From assembly GCA_016218825.1 (NCBI GenBank), contig JACRCV010000034.1, positions 12,177 through 76,176 on the forward strand: 64,000 nucleotides of DNA, in the 5' to 3' direction. The notes under the pieces were generated by a model. That model made no database searches. It saw nothing but the letters and a program-made list of their open reading frames with translations, and was not told the origin of the DNA. Every line of letters begins with the position of its first letter. The stretch's first letter is position 1. The DNA is from Deltaproteobacteria bacterium. GTDB taxonomy: Bacteria > Myxococcota > XYA12-FULL-58-9. Position numbers and translations under genes: made by a program. Below, in pieces: positions 63,708 to 64,000 of the stretch.

Positions 63708-64000
63708 GTGACCACGAACAAGGACAAGACCCGCGCCAACGCGCAGAAGTTCCTGCAGAAGGGGCAGATCGACAAGGCGATCAAGGAGTTTCAGCACCTC
63801 GTCGAAGAAGACCCGAAAGACGTCCGGACCCTCCTCAAGATCGGTGATCTGCAGACCCGCATCGGCGACCATGCCGCGGCCACCAAGACCTACGACCAGG
63901 TAGCGCAGTTCTACGCCGACCAGGGCTTCTTCCTCAAAGCGGTCGCGGTCTACAAGCAGATCCTCAAGATCGATCCGGCGCTCGTCGAGGTGAACGTCAA
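63708..64000 (+). CDS. sgmX: SgmX-like TPR protein, N-terminal part (runs off window; absent from ORF track)
   Basis: GTG63708: NKDK...AQKFLQKGQIDKAIKEF....EDPKDVRTLLKIGDL..YADQGFFLKAVAVYKQILKIDP resembles the SgmX N-terminus; downstream of efp as in Myxococcus. Confidence 0.8.
   Translation, partial: MTTNKDKTRANAQKFLQKGQIDKAIKEFQHLVEEDPKDVRTLLKIGDLQTRIGDHAAATKTYDQVAQFYADQGFFLKAVAVYKQILKIDPALVEVNV

Overview
High-GC bacterial DNA with a Myxococcota-type gene set: pilMNOPQ-aroK-lipoprotein-mglC-efp-sgmX, a MYXO-CTERM protease, a giant TPR protein and a Ser/Thr kinase. The assignment is from recognised motifs and synteny, not a database search. 0-9 kb is an accessory zone: fic and arr, then the interval between convergent tRNA-Ser(TGA) and tRNA-fMet. 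That interval holds RtT-like tRNA-linked repeats, a 1.6-kb integrase-less element with att duplication, arm-type sites and an operator-covered consensus promoter, and broken integrase, patatin, helicase and AlbA/RecG-C genes. 9-24 kb holds a ~3500-aa TPR protein, a rhomboid lacking catalytic residues, tRNA-Leu(TAG) with the same repeat type, and a CNNM-PTS EIIA fusion. The best candidate for an undescribed system is 24.6-33.3 kb, a stand-alone type III secretion translocon-like operon. Its order is tip/filament-like protein, fused tandem SycD/LcrH chaperone, SctE-like, SctB-like, a third translocator/effector-like protein, and a translationally coupled ABBA-prenyltransferase-like gene. No T3SS export apparatus is present in the window. 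33-53 kb holds an ECF sigma factor, SulP-STAS-cNMP, secreted proteins, an Ehr (Ni-less hydrogenase-4-like) operon led by an HTH-EIIA regulator, and a kinase with an RHH-like tail. 53-64 kb is the type IVa pilus locus, whose PilQ carries a ~460-aa coiled-coil insertion. All family calls were made by eye and need HMM or structure confirmation.
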